Notes: generated by a model from the sequence alone, not told the origin. 32,002 nucleotides of DNA from an uncultured Fibrobacterales bacterium (GCA_963934255.1 CAWVXU010000023.1:1-32002), one strand, 5' to 3'. Positions 18,700 to 28,545 are shown, counted from the stretch's first letter. A program made the numbers and translations.

Positions 18700-19380
18700 C
18701 TTACCCACCAAAATAATCAAGAGTAGAGTAGAGACAGCGCCAAGAACGAGAAGCCACCTACTAGAGCCTTGTGATAAATCTAACTTGGACAAACCGGCCC
18801 CCGCCACGGCCACCATGACAATTCTAGGGGCTAGCCCGATGCTACTTCCGATTAAGAAGTGAGGCATCTTCGCCTGGGCTGCTGATAAAAGAACATTAGT
18901 CGCCGCAAAGGGCATGGCCGGAGAGAGTCTGATGAGAGAGATAAAAAAAATAGACTTCAGAGCACTCTTTTCCAAAAGCTCCTCTCGGACTTGACTGACA
19001 GCCGGGCGCCTCAGGAGGATTTGAGTATTCTTTTTTTTGATCACCAAATTGGCCAAAACCATAGAAAGCATGGCTGACACAACAACAACAAACAGCGCAA
19101 TGGGGGGGCCAAGCCAGAGGCCAAAAGTCATTCCGGCAATTAACGAGGCAGCATGAGTAGGGACCAATGATATCCCGACTAGGACAATGCTAGAGCCTAG
19201 GAAGAGATAGAGCTGCTGATCGGCAGCCATCGCAAGAAAGAGAGGGAACCATTCTTTGGAAGTAGTGATTAAGGCTAAAGCCCCTAGGGCAGGCCCTGCC
19301 AAGGTAAAGACCATTAGTGGGGTCAGGATACCTAAGCCTTTAAAAGTTTCCCATAGTATTTTTAACTTTTTCATCTCCAC
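18667..19380 (-). CDS. TVP38/TMEM64 (VTT/DedA) family membrane protein
   Basis: Multiple TM helices, [31 protein letters not shown]. 3' end overlaps the convergent oxidoreductase by 33 nt. Confidence 0.85.
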   Translation of the reverse strand: MEMKKLKILWETFKGLGILTPLMVFTLAGPALGALALITTSKEWFPLFLAMAADQQLYLFLGSSIVLVGISLVPTHAASLIAGMTFGLWLGPPIALFVVVVSAMLSMVLANLVIKKKNTQILLRRPAVSQVREELLEKSALKSIFFISLIRLSPAMPFAATNVLLSAAQAKMPHFLIGSSIGLAPRIVMVAVAGAGLSKLDLSQGSSRWLLVLGAVSTLLLIILVGKLIRRITRVRD

Positions 19381-19822
19381 TCCTCACCCTTCATCTTCGT
19401 CTCTGAGTCTTGATTAACATATAAACTAATAAACAACTCAGTCCTTTACTCTCGCGAAGAGCTGATGCGACACGAGGAAGCTATCAAACCCCTCTTTTCG
19501 GGTATGAAAAAGAAGAAACTCTTTATCATGACACCCTGCTTGGGGTTATTTGTGGTTTGGTTATTAAGGTTGTTTGAGTTTTTAAGCCTGATATCGGGCC
19601 TGAAGGTGAATTATTAGGGGTTTTATTACGTTTTTTGTTTTTGTTATTCAGAAAAAGAGTATAAATTCTTGGCTCAAGCAGTTTAAAAAGTAACTGTTAA
19701 ATCCCATAATATTACTCACAATCCTACTTCTCATTATGTAAGAAGCAGGAAGATTGAATGGGCTGTGTTTTATTAAATAATACGGCTTCATTTTTAGGTT
19801 ATCACTTTTTCAAAGGCCATCA

Positions 19823-22024
19823 ATGTTAAGATATCTTTTACTCGTTTTCTCTAGTCTCCTTTTCTTTAGCGGTTGTTACGACTCAATCATTCCTGATGAG
19901 GAATCGAAAAGTCATGAATCAGAACTTTTTGATAAGGGTACCTTATCCTTTCTTCAAGATGATAATGGCGTCCGCAATGTTTATGGTTTTAAAAGTGCAC
20001 GTTTGACAGATACACTCAAAATGACGTGGAATGATGAATTTAATGGTAAGACTCTCGATGGCAATAAATGGTCCGCTGCACCAGAATGGCCCAGACAGGG
20101 CGGAAGTTACTGGTCTGACAAAAATTATGAGATGACTGGTAATGGCCAAGTAAAATTAAAAGTGAATGAAATCAATGGCGTTGTTTATGCCGGCGCAATC
20201 CGCACTCACAAAAAGTTTGATCAGAAGTATGGATATTTTGAAACAAGAACTAAGCTTCCAGAGATCCGCGGTGGATGGGCTGCTTTTTGGCTCATGCCTT
20301 ATGGTAACAACCCGGGAGGGTGGGGACACGATGGCACGGAGATTGATGTTTTTGAGTCTATTAATGGTTGGAATGGCAAGATCAATCACGCACTTCATTG
20401 GGATGGTTATGGCGCTGAACATCAAAAGTCATCCATTAGTCAAAACAGACCCGATCTCTACGATGGGAAATACCACACTTTCGGTATGCTATGGACACCG
20501 GACGAATATGTGTTCTATATCGATAACGTTGAATCTTGGCGCTCTGACGCTGGTGGCGTTGCCGATGTGAGTCAATACTTAAAGCTCACACTTGAGGTGT
20601 CCTCAGGGACATGGGCGGGAAATTGGAATCACCAGAAGGAAAGGTCAATTGATTGGTTAGTCGATTACGTTCGTGTGTATGACTACAAAGCAGCTAAACC
20701 TGAACCTAAGCCTGAACCTAAACCTGAACCTAAACCTGAGCCTAAACCTGAGCCTAAACCTGAGCCTAAACCTGAGCCTAAACCTGAGCCTAAACCTGAA
20801 CCTAAGCCTGAACCCCGAGACCCTTTGAGTGTCTCCTATGCTAAACTCACATCTGGAACAAGTGTTTCAGTGGGAGCTCAAATCCCTATGGATGTTGAAC
20901 TGGCTGGACAACTCAGTGATGCTGATGAGCTTCAATTCCTTGTGAGAAAAGGAAATGGGTCATTTGAAATTCAGAAAAAAACAGATATCGGATCAAAAAC
21001 CAAGTATGCTTACACATGGACTCCTCGTGAACCGGGTGAATACGCACTGAGAGTGACTGCCAACAAGAATGGTAAATACCACACACATGTTATCTCGAAT
21101 ATAACCGTGCAAGGCTCCATCACCCCATTTGCAGTAAAATTTGAAAACCTCAGCTCTGGTCTTAGCTTCCAAGCCAATGAATCAATCCCGATGAATGTTC
21201 TTCTTACTGGAGATCTCACCGATGTCGATGAACTTCAATTTCTTACCAGTTTGGGCGATGGTGACTTTATCGAAGTTTTCACCACTCAGGTCAATCAATC
21301 AGACAGGTATAACTACTCTTGGGTCCCAACCCAAGCTGGAGAGTACAATCTCAGGGTGACAGCCAAGAAGAAGGGTGCTTATGTCAAACACACCGTAGTC
21401 AACGATATCACCATCATAAAGGTGGCTGAACCTCTTAAACTAGCCTATACTATCCTGAAGAACAATGATGTTTACGGGGTGAAAGATCAGATCCACATGC
21501 ACGTTGAACTTTCTGGTGATACGGAATCAGCTGATGAGTTGAGGTACACTCTTCAAAGAAAAGGCGATCCTTCTTCAGTCCTTCAGTCCTCTTCTATTCA
21601 CCTTGACCAGAATCTCTATTGGAACACCTGGGTCCCCACTGAGGCAGGAAGATATAAACTTAAGGTAATTGCCTATAAAGATGGTCATCAATTGACCCAC
21701 ACTGCGTCATGGGTGACTATCAAGGAGCCTTTGAAGATAAAATACCGAGTACTGAAGAATAACTCCAAGTTCAAACTCGGCGCCAAAATAAATATGCAAG
21801 CTGAAGTCTCAGGTGATTTAAGCCAAGCCAATAGAATGAGTTTTGTAGTTCAAAAAAATGGCGGACCTGACAAGGTGATTAAGTCTAATGTGATCCGCTC
21901 CTCCAAAACGATCTATAACAAGAAGTGGACTCCCTCTGAGCCAGGAAGGTACAGACTCAAAGTTCAACTTTACCGAGACAATGACTTTCTTAGTCACCGA
22001 GTCGCTAATGTAGTCGTTAGATAA
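19823..22024 (+). CDS. GH16 glycoside hydrolase lipoprotein with KPEP linker and four Ig-like repeats
   Basis: Lipobox FFSG-C; WNDEFNG, WAAFWLM, catalytic EIDVFE, VDYVRVY; four ~100-aa repeats with WxPxxxGxYxLxV. Confidence 0.92.
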   Translation: MLRYLLLVFSSLLFFSGCYDSIIPDEESKSHESELFDKGTLSFLQDDNGVRNVYGFKSARLTDTLKMTWNDEFNGKTLDGNKWSAAPEWPRQGGSYWSDKNYEMTGNGQVKLKVNEINGVVYAGAIRTHKKFDQKYGYFETRTKLPEIRGGWAAFWLMPYGNNPGGWGHDGTEIDVFESINGWNGKINHALHWDGYGAEHQKSSISQNRPDLYDGKYHTFGMLWTPDEYVFYIDNVESWRSDAGGVADVSQYLKLTLEVSSGTWAGNWNHQKERSIDWLVDYVRVYDYKAAKPEPKPEPKPEPKPEPKPEPKPEPKPEPKPEPKPEPKPEPRDPLSVSYAKLTSGTSVSVGAQIPMDVELAGQLSDADELQFLVRKGNGSFEIQKKTDIGSKTKYAYTWTPREPGEYALRVTANKNGKYHTHVISNITVQGSITPFAVKFENLSSGLSFQANESIPMNVLLTGDLTDVDELQFLTSLGDGDFIEVFTTQVNQSDRYNYSWVPTQAGEYNLRVTAKKKGAYVKHTVVNDITIIKVAEPLKLAYTILKNNDVYGVKDQIHMHVELSGDTESADELRYTLQRKGDPSSVLQSSSIHLDQNLYWNTWVPTEAGRYKLKVIAYKDGHQLTHTASWVTIKEPLKIKYRVLKNNSKFKLGAKINMQAEVSGDLSQANRMSFVVQKNGGPDKVIKSNVIRSSKTIYNKKWTPSEPGRYRLKVQLYRDNDFLSHRVANVVVR
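20696..20815 (+). repeat. 12-bp tandem repeat x10 encoding (KPEP)10
   Basis: AARCCTGARCCY repeated over 120 bp. Confidence 0.95.
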
Positions 22025-22049
22025 CCTAGCTAAAATAGCTAACCTAGCT

Positions 22050-22103
22050 AACCTCTCCCTGACCACTGAATATTTCATTCACTAGTCAGGGAGAGGTTTT
22101 TTT
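22050..22103 (+). terminator. Intrinsic terminator of the GH16 gene
   Basis: AACCTCTCCCTGAC...GTCAGGGAGAGG followed by T7. Confidence 0.85.
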
Positions 22104-22850
22104 GCTTTCTATCACTTTACCTATTCCGATCCCTCATCACCGTTCCAGTCATGACACCTAGGTTGTCTTCTTATTGGTTGTATTTTCTGACTTCTACGTC
22201 GTTTAAATCAGCCAAAAACAGAGTGGATAGCGTGAGGATCAAGGTTTTTTGCGCCGATAATAGGATCAACAAACTACTCAACATCACTGCCATTAGTTAT
22301 TGAGCTAGCCTGTCCAAAGCATTTGAAAAAAGACAATAACGAATCCTTATCTAGCTGGAAAGGTTCATTTACTAATTTATCCCTATTCTTAAATTATGCT
22401 CAAGGCTGAACGAGCTCTCTGCCCTGCTCCTACTCGTGATGATTTATGCTTGTACATGAATCATTGCCGATGAGACTCAGTGGGGAGAGGTGCCTCAGAA
22501 ACTCGCCTATGCTTGGGCGGATACAAGGGTATTCTTAAGAACAGTCCCAGGTGGCCATCACTCTCAAAGTCAAATGACGATCTTCCAAAAGAGCCCGCCA
22601 TCCTTGGTGCTCGCGGAGATAATGCATATTCATTTTTCTCAATAGATACCATTGAGGAAAAAATTCATTGAGCGATACTCACAAGTAAGTCATCCCGATC
22701 AAGTTTTGCTTAAAGAAGTGACTGGGTGGAGCGACTATTACCGAGAGTGAGTAAAACTTATCTAGGAGGCCCTCTTCCACTCATAACCCAGTGGTTGAAG
22801 ATGTCTGCGTCTGTTTATACATTACTGAATCAATAAACGCCTAAATAGAA

Positions 22851-23519
22851 ATGCGATTCATGCGTCCTATCCTCTTTTTAATAGCCATCTATAGCCTCAT
22901 AGGGGCAGAACCCATCACTAAAAAACAAAGTAAGCAATCCGGTATCACACTCTCTGAGAAGAATACAATTAAAATAGCCAAAGCGATGGGCTTCGGGGAA
23001 TTCATCCCTCAAGAGGGCGATCACACTCAAGATAGTATCCCTACTCAACATATTATGAAAATGGATACGAGCCAGTGGTCGCATCAAGTTCACCAGCAAT
23101 TTGACAATATGTGGAAGTCTATCATTGAGAATGACATGATATTGTGGTCAGCTTCTACAGGGATTGACTCGACCCAAAGCCTCTATAACAAGTACAAAAA
23201 TCTTATTCCACAACTTTCTAAAAAATTAAAAACCATGGAAATTCAACCTCCAAAAATCTTGGCCCTCTATTCAAGAAATCAGGTTTTTCTTTTGGTGGTG
23301 GAAGAGTCTTTTCGAAAGAAAAAATCAAGAAAAGAAAACTTTGCATTTCAAGTTGGAAAGGAAGTTTTCATTTCTGATGACCTCTCGGTCAGAAGCCCTA
23401 CTTATCAAGCAGGAAGCAATACTCAAGATAGGGATTGGCTTTTTAAATATTGGCGTAAACACCGTCAGGAGATCATCAAAGAAGTGGAATCAAAACAAGA
23501 AGCCCCCCTTCCCTTTTAA
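22851..23519 (+). CDS. Hypothetical secreted protein (222 aa)
   Basis: Signal-like N-terminus (ILFLIAIYSLIGA); no recognised motif. Confidence 0.7.
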   Translation: MRFMRPILFLIAIYSLIGAEPITKKQSKQSGITLSEKNTIKIAKAMGFGEFIPQEGDHTQDSIPTQHIMKMDTSQWSHQVHQQFDNMWKSIIENDMILWSASTGIDSTQSLYNKYKNLIPQLSKKLKTMEIQPPKILALYSRNQVFLLVVEESFRKKKSRKENFAFQVGKEVFISDDLSVRSPTYQAGSNTQDRDWLFKYWRKHRQEIIKEVESKQEAPLPF

Positions 23520-23529
23520 AATGTGATTT

Positions 23530-23558
23530 ATGAGTGTTTAATACACTTAAACACTCAT
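23530..23558. other. Perfect 12-bp inverted repeat (terminator or operator)
   Basis: ATGAGTGTTTAA-TACAC-TTAAACACTCAT between convergent genes. Confidence 0.5.
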
Positions 23559-23740
23559 TTATCGATAAAACAAATTTAGAACAGATAATACCAATTGAAC
23601 TGAATAAGACCATGAATGACCAAGGACAGGCTGACTTGGCTAAGGCGAACCCATTGGAAATACCTAGCCTAGATCATCTTTAAATTCAGTGCTGCCGCCC
23701 TCCTCGGTAGACAACACTTTCATGAGAAGTCACTTGCCGC

Positions 23741-24025
23741 TTATTTGGGCTTATACTGTGTTTTACAGTGAAATCGAGACATTTCAGACGATCGTTTTGA
23801 TAAGTGCTTCATACTCACTTTCGAGTTGACTCGTTTGCGCCAATTTCGAAAGGAACGAGACTTGAGATGGGAACGCATGCAATCGATCACCTGTTTCTCA
23901 CTCATTCCAAATTGATATTCGATCGCTTCAAAGGGTGTGCGGTCTTCCCACGCCATCTCGATGACTCGCGTGAGGTCTTCTGCTTTGAGACTTTGTTCCA
24001 CAGGGCGTTTATTTTTTTTATCCAT
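23741..24025 (-). CDS. TIGR03643 (DUF2805) family protein
   Basis: RVIEMAWEDRTPFEAIEYQFG..MRSHLK..SFRNWRKRV signature; commonly found beside photolyase genes. Confidence 0.9.
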   Translation of the reverse strand: MDKKNKRPVEQSLKAEDLTRVIEMAWEDRTPFEAIEYQFGMSEKQVIDCMRSHLKSRSFRNWRKRVNSKVSMKHLSKRSSEMSRFHCKTQYKPK

Positions 24026-24130
24026 GAGCCTAACTTAACTTGATTTGTTCTATCAATCTATCATTTCAGACCAAAGGTGATTTTAAGATTATTGCAGTGA
24101 TAATGATGACTATCACCAAGAAGCTCCATC

Positions 24131-25612
24131 TCATTGGTAAAGTCGCTGCAAATAATCCTCTGCGATTTTCAGATGCTTCTGCTGTTTTTCCGGGGCTTGC
24201 CGCTGCCAATTGGCATAAATCATCTTCGTTCTAAAATTCTTGGAAAAGAAATCAGCATGTTTAGATATAAATCTCCAATAGAGTGCATTCCAAATCTCTG
24301 TCCATTCACCCTTAGGGTAGTTAGACATCTTGAGGATATAGTTTGATCCGGCTATGTAGGGCTTAGTAGCGAAGATACCCCCATCTGAGAATTGACTCAT
24401 ACCATAAATATTGGGGACCATCACCCAGTCATAAGCATCGATATACATCTCCATAAACCATTGGTAGACATCGTCTGGTTTGATCTCACAAAGCAACATA
24501 AAATTCCCCAGTACCATGAGTCTTTCTATGTGATGGTTATAAGCTGTTCCCAAGAGCTTCTTGATCGTTTGATCAATGGGAGGAATACCGGTCGTTCCTG
24601 AATAAAAAGCTTCCGGCATACTACGATCAAAACCCCAATAATTCCTCGTTCTCATCTCAGAGCCAACTGTCAGATAAAGGCCCATCATAAATTCTCGCCA
24701 GCCAAGTATCTGCCTGATGAAACCTTCTAAAGAATTAATAGGAATATTCTGTTGAGCCGCGTATTCGATAGAAGTACTGATGACCTCTTTCGGTTCTATT
24801 AAGCCTGTATTTAACATCGGACTGATCACAGAGTGATTTATCCATGACTCCTCACTGAGGATCGCATCCTCGTAATCACCAAATTCAATAAAGCGATGCT
24901 TCAGAAAGTCTTTGAGCCACTTATGAGCGCTCTCATGGTCAATTGGGTAGGTAGAATGGGTCGTCAGGCTACCTGGATTATCAGGAAAATGTGCCTCGAC
25001 GTAGAGGATGGCCTCATTCCATTCGACTCGCTCCCCCAGGGTTGTCATGTCAGGGGGGGTCTTATTTTTAGGATATTTTTTTCGGTTGTCATGATCAAAG
25101 GACCATTGACCACCTATGGGCTCACCTTGACCATCGACTAAGACCTTCCATTTTTTACGCTGAGCCTTATAAAAGTGGTGGTGTAGTATGGTCTTATTTT
25201 TTTTAAACTGATTGTCAAAATAGGAGTGTTCAGAATTTATCATCATAGGTGAAGTTAAGTAATTGATCTCAACACGATCACTCCATTGATCCAAAGCTTT
25301 CTGCACCCAATTATCATAGGGTGAGAAGAAGGAAACCTGCGTCCAATCCTGTTGGATGAGATAAGGATCCCAATGAGTCAGAGAGGCTTCCATTTGGTGG
25401 TGCTCAATATAGAGTGTTTTCAGCCCCTGCTTCTCTAACTTTTTCTGGAAGGATTTCATAGTCGCTCGATGATAAGCTAGCTTCGCTTTATGAAACGAGT
25501 AAAGGCTAAAGAAATGATACTCTTCAATAAAGACAATCAGATCAAATTCAAGCTCCTTGACAGAATGAAAAAGTTGGTTGGGCAGTAGTACAAGTACTTT
25601 ATCTTTTGACAT
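24131..25612 (-). CDS. Prokaryotic (6-4) photolyase / FeS-BCP family member lacking the Fe-S cysteines
   Basis: PNQLF, HKAKL, GGQWSFDHDNRK, EGFIRQILGWREF, YNHHIERLMV, DAYDWVMVPN, TKPYIAGSNYI; only one Cys in the protein. Confidence 0.88.
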   Translation of the reverse strand: MSKDKVLVLLPNQLFHSVKELEFDLIVFIEEYHFFSLYSFHKAKLAYHRATMKSFQKKLEKQGLKTLYIEHHQMEASLTHWDPYLIQQDWTQVSFFSPYDNWVQKALDQWSDRVEINYLTSPMMINSEHSYFDNQFKKNKTILHHHFYKAQRKKWKVLVDGQGEPIGGQWSFDHDNRKKYPKNKTPPDMTTLGERVEWNEAILYVEAHFPDNPGSLTTHSTYPIDHESAHKWLKDFLKHRFIEFGDYEDAILSEESWINHSVISPMLNTGLIEPKEVISTSIEYAAQQNIPINSLEGFIRQILGWREFMMGLYLTVGSEMRTRNYWGFDRSMPEAFYSGTTGIPPIDQTIKKLLGTAYNHHIERLMVLGNFMLLCEIKPDDVYQWFMEMYIDAYDWVMVPNIYGMSQFSDGGIFATKPYIAGSNYILKMSNYPKGEWTEIWNALYWRFISKHADFFSKNFRTKMIYANWQRQAPEKQQKHLKIAEDYLQRLYQ

Positions 25613-27062
25613 ATTTATCTACAATCGCTAAGTGATATTCTCTTGCTGAGTATGATTTTTTCAGTCCCCAAAGTTTGTCTTTGGCACGCTTTCCAGAGAG
25701 GCCCACATCAGCTATGGGTGCTGGATAATCCTTGGTAATTTCAAAAAGTAGCTTCTCCATCTCATTGAGTTTCCAGGGCTCATGGATGGTATGTTCTGGG
25801 TGACCCCTCAACTCGGGAATCCAATGTTTGATGAATTTGCCTTGAGGATCTTTCTGTTGAGATTGACGGATCGGATTATAAATCCGAATGGTATTGATAC
25901 CCGTGGTTCCGGCTTGCATTTGAAACTGAGGATAATGAATACCTGGCTCGTAGTCTAGGAACAATCTAGCCAAATGATAACTGCCCTCTCTCCAATCAAT
26001 ATCAAGATGATGGCAAAGGAAAGAAACCAACATAGCTCTCATCCGGAAATTGACCCATCCTGTTTCAATGAGGGCTTTCATGCAGGCATCTATAATGGGT
26101 ATTCCTGTGGCCCCTTCCTTCCAAGCATTCAGATGTTGACTTGAGGAGTTCTGGTAAACGTCTTCGTAAAGGGGGTGAATGCATTGATTTTCGTAATGAA
26201 CATTTATCTCTAATTTCTGTGTAAAATGACAACGCCACCTTAAACGGTCCTTGAATGCCTTCACTTGCCTCTTTTGACCTTTCTCGAACTCATAATTATC
26301 TATCACTGTATAGATTTGTTGCGCACTGAGATTACCCCATGCAAGATAAGGCGATAACCGACTGCATGACTTGCGACTTTCGTAGGGTTGAGAGATATGG
26401 TAGGTGTAGGATTTTATCCTTTCTTGAATGAATCCATTGAGATACCTCCATGCGTAGGACTCACCTGCTGGTTGATAGAGTGGAGGATAGGATTGAAGCT
26501 TATTTCTCAAATCATCGGGTAAATTGAACAGTGCCAAGCTACTTTGACTGAGAGGTCTGATGAGGCGAGAACCCAAATGCTGCACTAGATATTTCGGCAT
26601 GGCCGACTTCATTTTTTGGTACCACTTTTTCCTCCAATCGCCCCTCTTTTCTGATCCGCGGATAACTCCGTCCTTCTGAAACTCCACCCACGTGATTCCT
26701 TGAGCATCGAGATGACGCTTGACCTGCTTATCTCGATTCCAGGAATTGAGAATCCCTGTCTCTTGATAAGAGTAAACACTTTTGATGGTGAAATGCTGCC
26801 GCAGGTGTTCTATCACGTCAAGAGACTTTCCATAGAAAATCTCCACCCGACTTTGCAGGCTCTTCAGTTCCTCATTCATAGAGGCAATGGAATGGTAGAT
26901 AAATTGCAGGTGCCTCAAAGAAGTGTCATGGTGTTGAATGAGTTCGGGATCCATGATATAAAGGAGGATAAAATCTTGATCGGCATTGAGAGCTGCCTCG
27001 ATTGCATGGTGTGCTCTCAACCTGAGGTCTCTCTTCAGCCACACTACATTGATGGGCTTCAA
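25599..27062 (-). CDS. DNA photolyase/cryptochrome family protein (canonical two-domain topology)
   Basis: VVWLKRDLR, SRLSPYLAWG, GWVNFRMRAML, FLDYEPGIH, RIYNP; TTG start overlapping the upstream stop. Confidence 0.9.
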   Translation of the reverse strand: MKPINVVWLKRDLRLRAHHAIEAALNADQDFILLYIMDPELIQHHDTSLRHLQFIYHSIASMNEELKSLQSRVEIFYGKSLDVIEHLRQHFTIKSVYSYQETGILNSWNRDKQVKRHLDAQGITWVEFQKDGVIRGSEKRGDWRKKWYQKMKSAMPKYLVQHLGSRLIRPLSQSSLALFNLPDDLRNKLQSYPPLYQPAGESYAWRYLNGFIQERIKSYTYHISQPYESRKSCSRLSPYLAWGNLSAQQIYTVIDNYEFEKGQKRQVKAFKDRLRWRCHFTQKLEINVHYENQCIHPLYEDVYQNSSSQHLNAWKEGATGIPIIDACMKALIETGWVNFRMRAMLVSFLCHHLDIDWREGSYHLARLFLDYEPGIHYPQFQMQAGTTGINTIRIYNPIRQSQQKDPQGKFIKHWIPELRGHPEHTIHEPWKLNEMEKLLFEITKDYPAPIADVGLSGKRAKDKLWGLKKSYSAREYHLAIVDKYVKR

Positions 27063-28195
27063 AATATTTCACCCTTTTCATCCAAGGCAATTCGGTATTG
27101 TGTGCACTTCTTCCAGTACTTAAAAAAAGAGGGGTAGTAGCCCTGAATTGGATGAAGAGTTTCTTTCGGATAGGAATGCCCCTGATAATGAGTGCATGTG
27201 GGATGCTCTTGATAGTGCACCACAGAGGCTCCTACTTGAGCCTTGAATTCACTGTACTCACCGACAAAAATCTTGATGCCAGGGATATTCTGAGAGAGGT
27301 CTAACATGAACTGAGCACACTGAGATGATATGGGGAAGCGTTGAAAGTGGCTTGGCTCCAAAAGAAGGACACGCTGTGCATCCTGCTTGTCTTGATGCCA
27401 CAGAGGATCTAAATGGTAATAATTCGAGAGGATCGTCTCCCTGATTTCGAGGGTGTCTGACTTCAGCTTTCCTAACCAGTCAATGGAGAGGCAGAGATCA
27501 AGTTCCTGTGGACTGATAACATCTTGAAGTTTGGCTGGTCTCTTTGATAAAGGGAAATTCTCGTATTCTGTATCGAGGAAAGTGCCCTGCTGGTCACCTT
27601 CAAAGAAGTGGTTCATGTTGGATTGATTCATCCAATACTTCTTGTTGGAAAAAGTCCCTGCAACCCATTGCCAACTCAGAGTATTAGAAGCGATGTCTCC
27701 GTCTAATAGATGATAGTAGAACCACTTAGCACCCATTCTCCAGTCACAATCCGCAAAATTGGTGTGGACTGAAGCGAGATACATTCTCAAGTGGTTATGA
27801 ATGAAACCACTCTGATTTAGTTCATCTATGGCGCGATTTATGATGTCAACACCTAAAGAGCCATCAAAAAAACATCGAGGAATGCCTTTCCTGATCTCGT
27901 CACCTTGTGAGTGTTTTAAATCATCAAATAATTTGTCACCAAGGGCTTCCCAACAACCCTGGTAGTATTCTCTCCAAGTGAGCTCCTGTAGGAACTTGAA
28001 GCATTCCTTGGCGCTGTAGCCCTGGGTTCGAATTCTATGATAGATCCAACGCGGAGTGATGACACCCCGAGAGATATAGGGTCCAAGTTGGCTGATGTGA
28101 CCTGAAGAATAATTTCTTGTCTTGGCGTAATCTACCGGATTGATTTTATCAACAAGGGAGATAATCTCATGCATTTGTGTCGGAAAATTGTTCAT
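27059..28195 (-). CDS. Short photolyase with N-terminal FAD-binding domain (NewPHL-like inverted topology)
   Basis: YAKTRNY, SQLGPYISRG, QELTWREY, HNHLRMYLAS and LLDGDIASNTLSWQWVAGT all lie in the first ~185 aa; no N-terminal antenna domain. Confidence 0.82.
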   Translation of the reverse strand: MNNFPTQMHEIISLVDKINPVDYAKTRNYSSGHISQLGPYISRGVITPRWIYHRIRTQGYSAKECFKFLQELTWREYYQGCWEALGDKLFDDLKHSQGDEIRKGIPRCFFDGSLGVDIINRAIDELNQSGFIHNHLRMYLASVHTNFADCDWRMGAKWFYYHLLDGDIASNTLSWQWVAGTFSNKKYWMNQSNMNHFFEGDQQGTFLDTEYENFPLSKRPAKLQDVISPQELDLCLSIDWLGKLKSDTLEIRETILSNYYHLDPLWHQDKQDAQRVLLLEPSHFQRFPISSQCAQFMLDLSQNIPGIKIFVGEYSEFKAQVGASVVHYQEHPTCTHYQGHSYPKETLHPIQGYYPSFFKYWKKCTQYRIALDEKGEIF

Positions 28196-28259
28196 CCTAT
28201 AAAACTACATTAGGATAGTGATATGAGGAATCCATTCATCCCAATAGATCAACCTCTAG

Positions 28260-28400
28260 TCTAAGAGTCTACCAAAATCAGTCAAATAACTCTGAATATC
28301 TTCGTCAAAGGCATTAGCAGTTCGATTATAATGAAAATTGTTTCAGCCTGATTATCTTGAAGATAGGCAATAAGGTCAATAACAGTTAGGAACTCAATAC
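28260..28400 (-). pseudogene. Degraded response-regulator receiver (REC) domain remnant
   Basis: Minus strand reads IDLIAYLQDNQAETIFIII, then after a frameshift TANAFDEDIQSYL (28283-28321), resembling the receiver beta4-alpha4 motif (TANAFxED). Confidence 0.45.
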
Positions 28401-28420
28401 ACCATGCGCCGACATTTTTC

Positions 28421-28545
28421 AAAATTCCCAATCTAAAACTGGGAGCCTTAATTGTGTGTCTATGAGGAGAATGAAATTGAGCCTACTCAAATGAATATGA
28501 CAAACTGTGAAGGATGTGGATTTTTAAATTCTTGAGCGGATCAAA
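28421..28545 (-). ncRNA. Candidate sigma-associated structured ncRNA, copy 2
   Basis: Homologous to 15911-16032; closing stem TTGATCCGCTCAA/TTGAGTAGGCTCAA; homologous terminal hairpin GGCTCCCAG..TTGGGAATTTT; begins 35 nt after the sigma stop. Confidence 0.5.

Noticed and set aside
19440..19820. Riboswitch in the GH16 leader (hairpins near 19720-19795)
   Set aside because: Only weak stems, with no recognisable aptamer consensus.
20696..20815. Tandem repeats (also 1961-2106) as CRISPR arrays
   Set aside because: No unique spacers, in-frame coding repeats, no cas genes.
22022..22053. 9-bp TAACCTAGC repeat (~3.5 copies) after the GH16 stop
   Set aside because: Short slippage-type repeat with no evident function.
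23570..23740. Possible SRPBCC-domain remnant (EEGGSTEFKDDLG*VFPMG) on the minus strand, or a c-di-GMP-I riboswitch on the plus strand (GGCGAACCCATTGGAAA)
   Set aside because: The peptide similarity is too short to support without a search, and the riboswitch lacks the GACGCAAAG and P3 elements.
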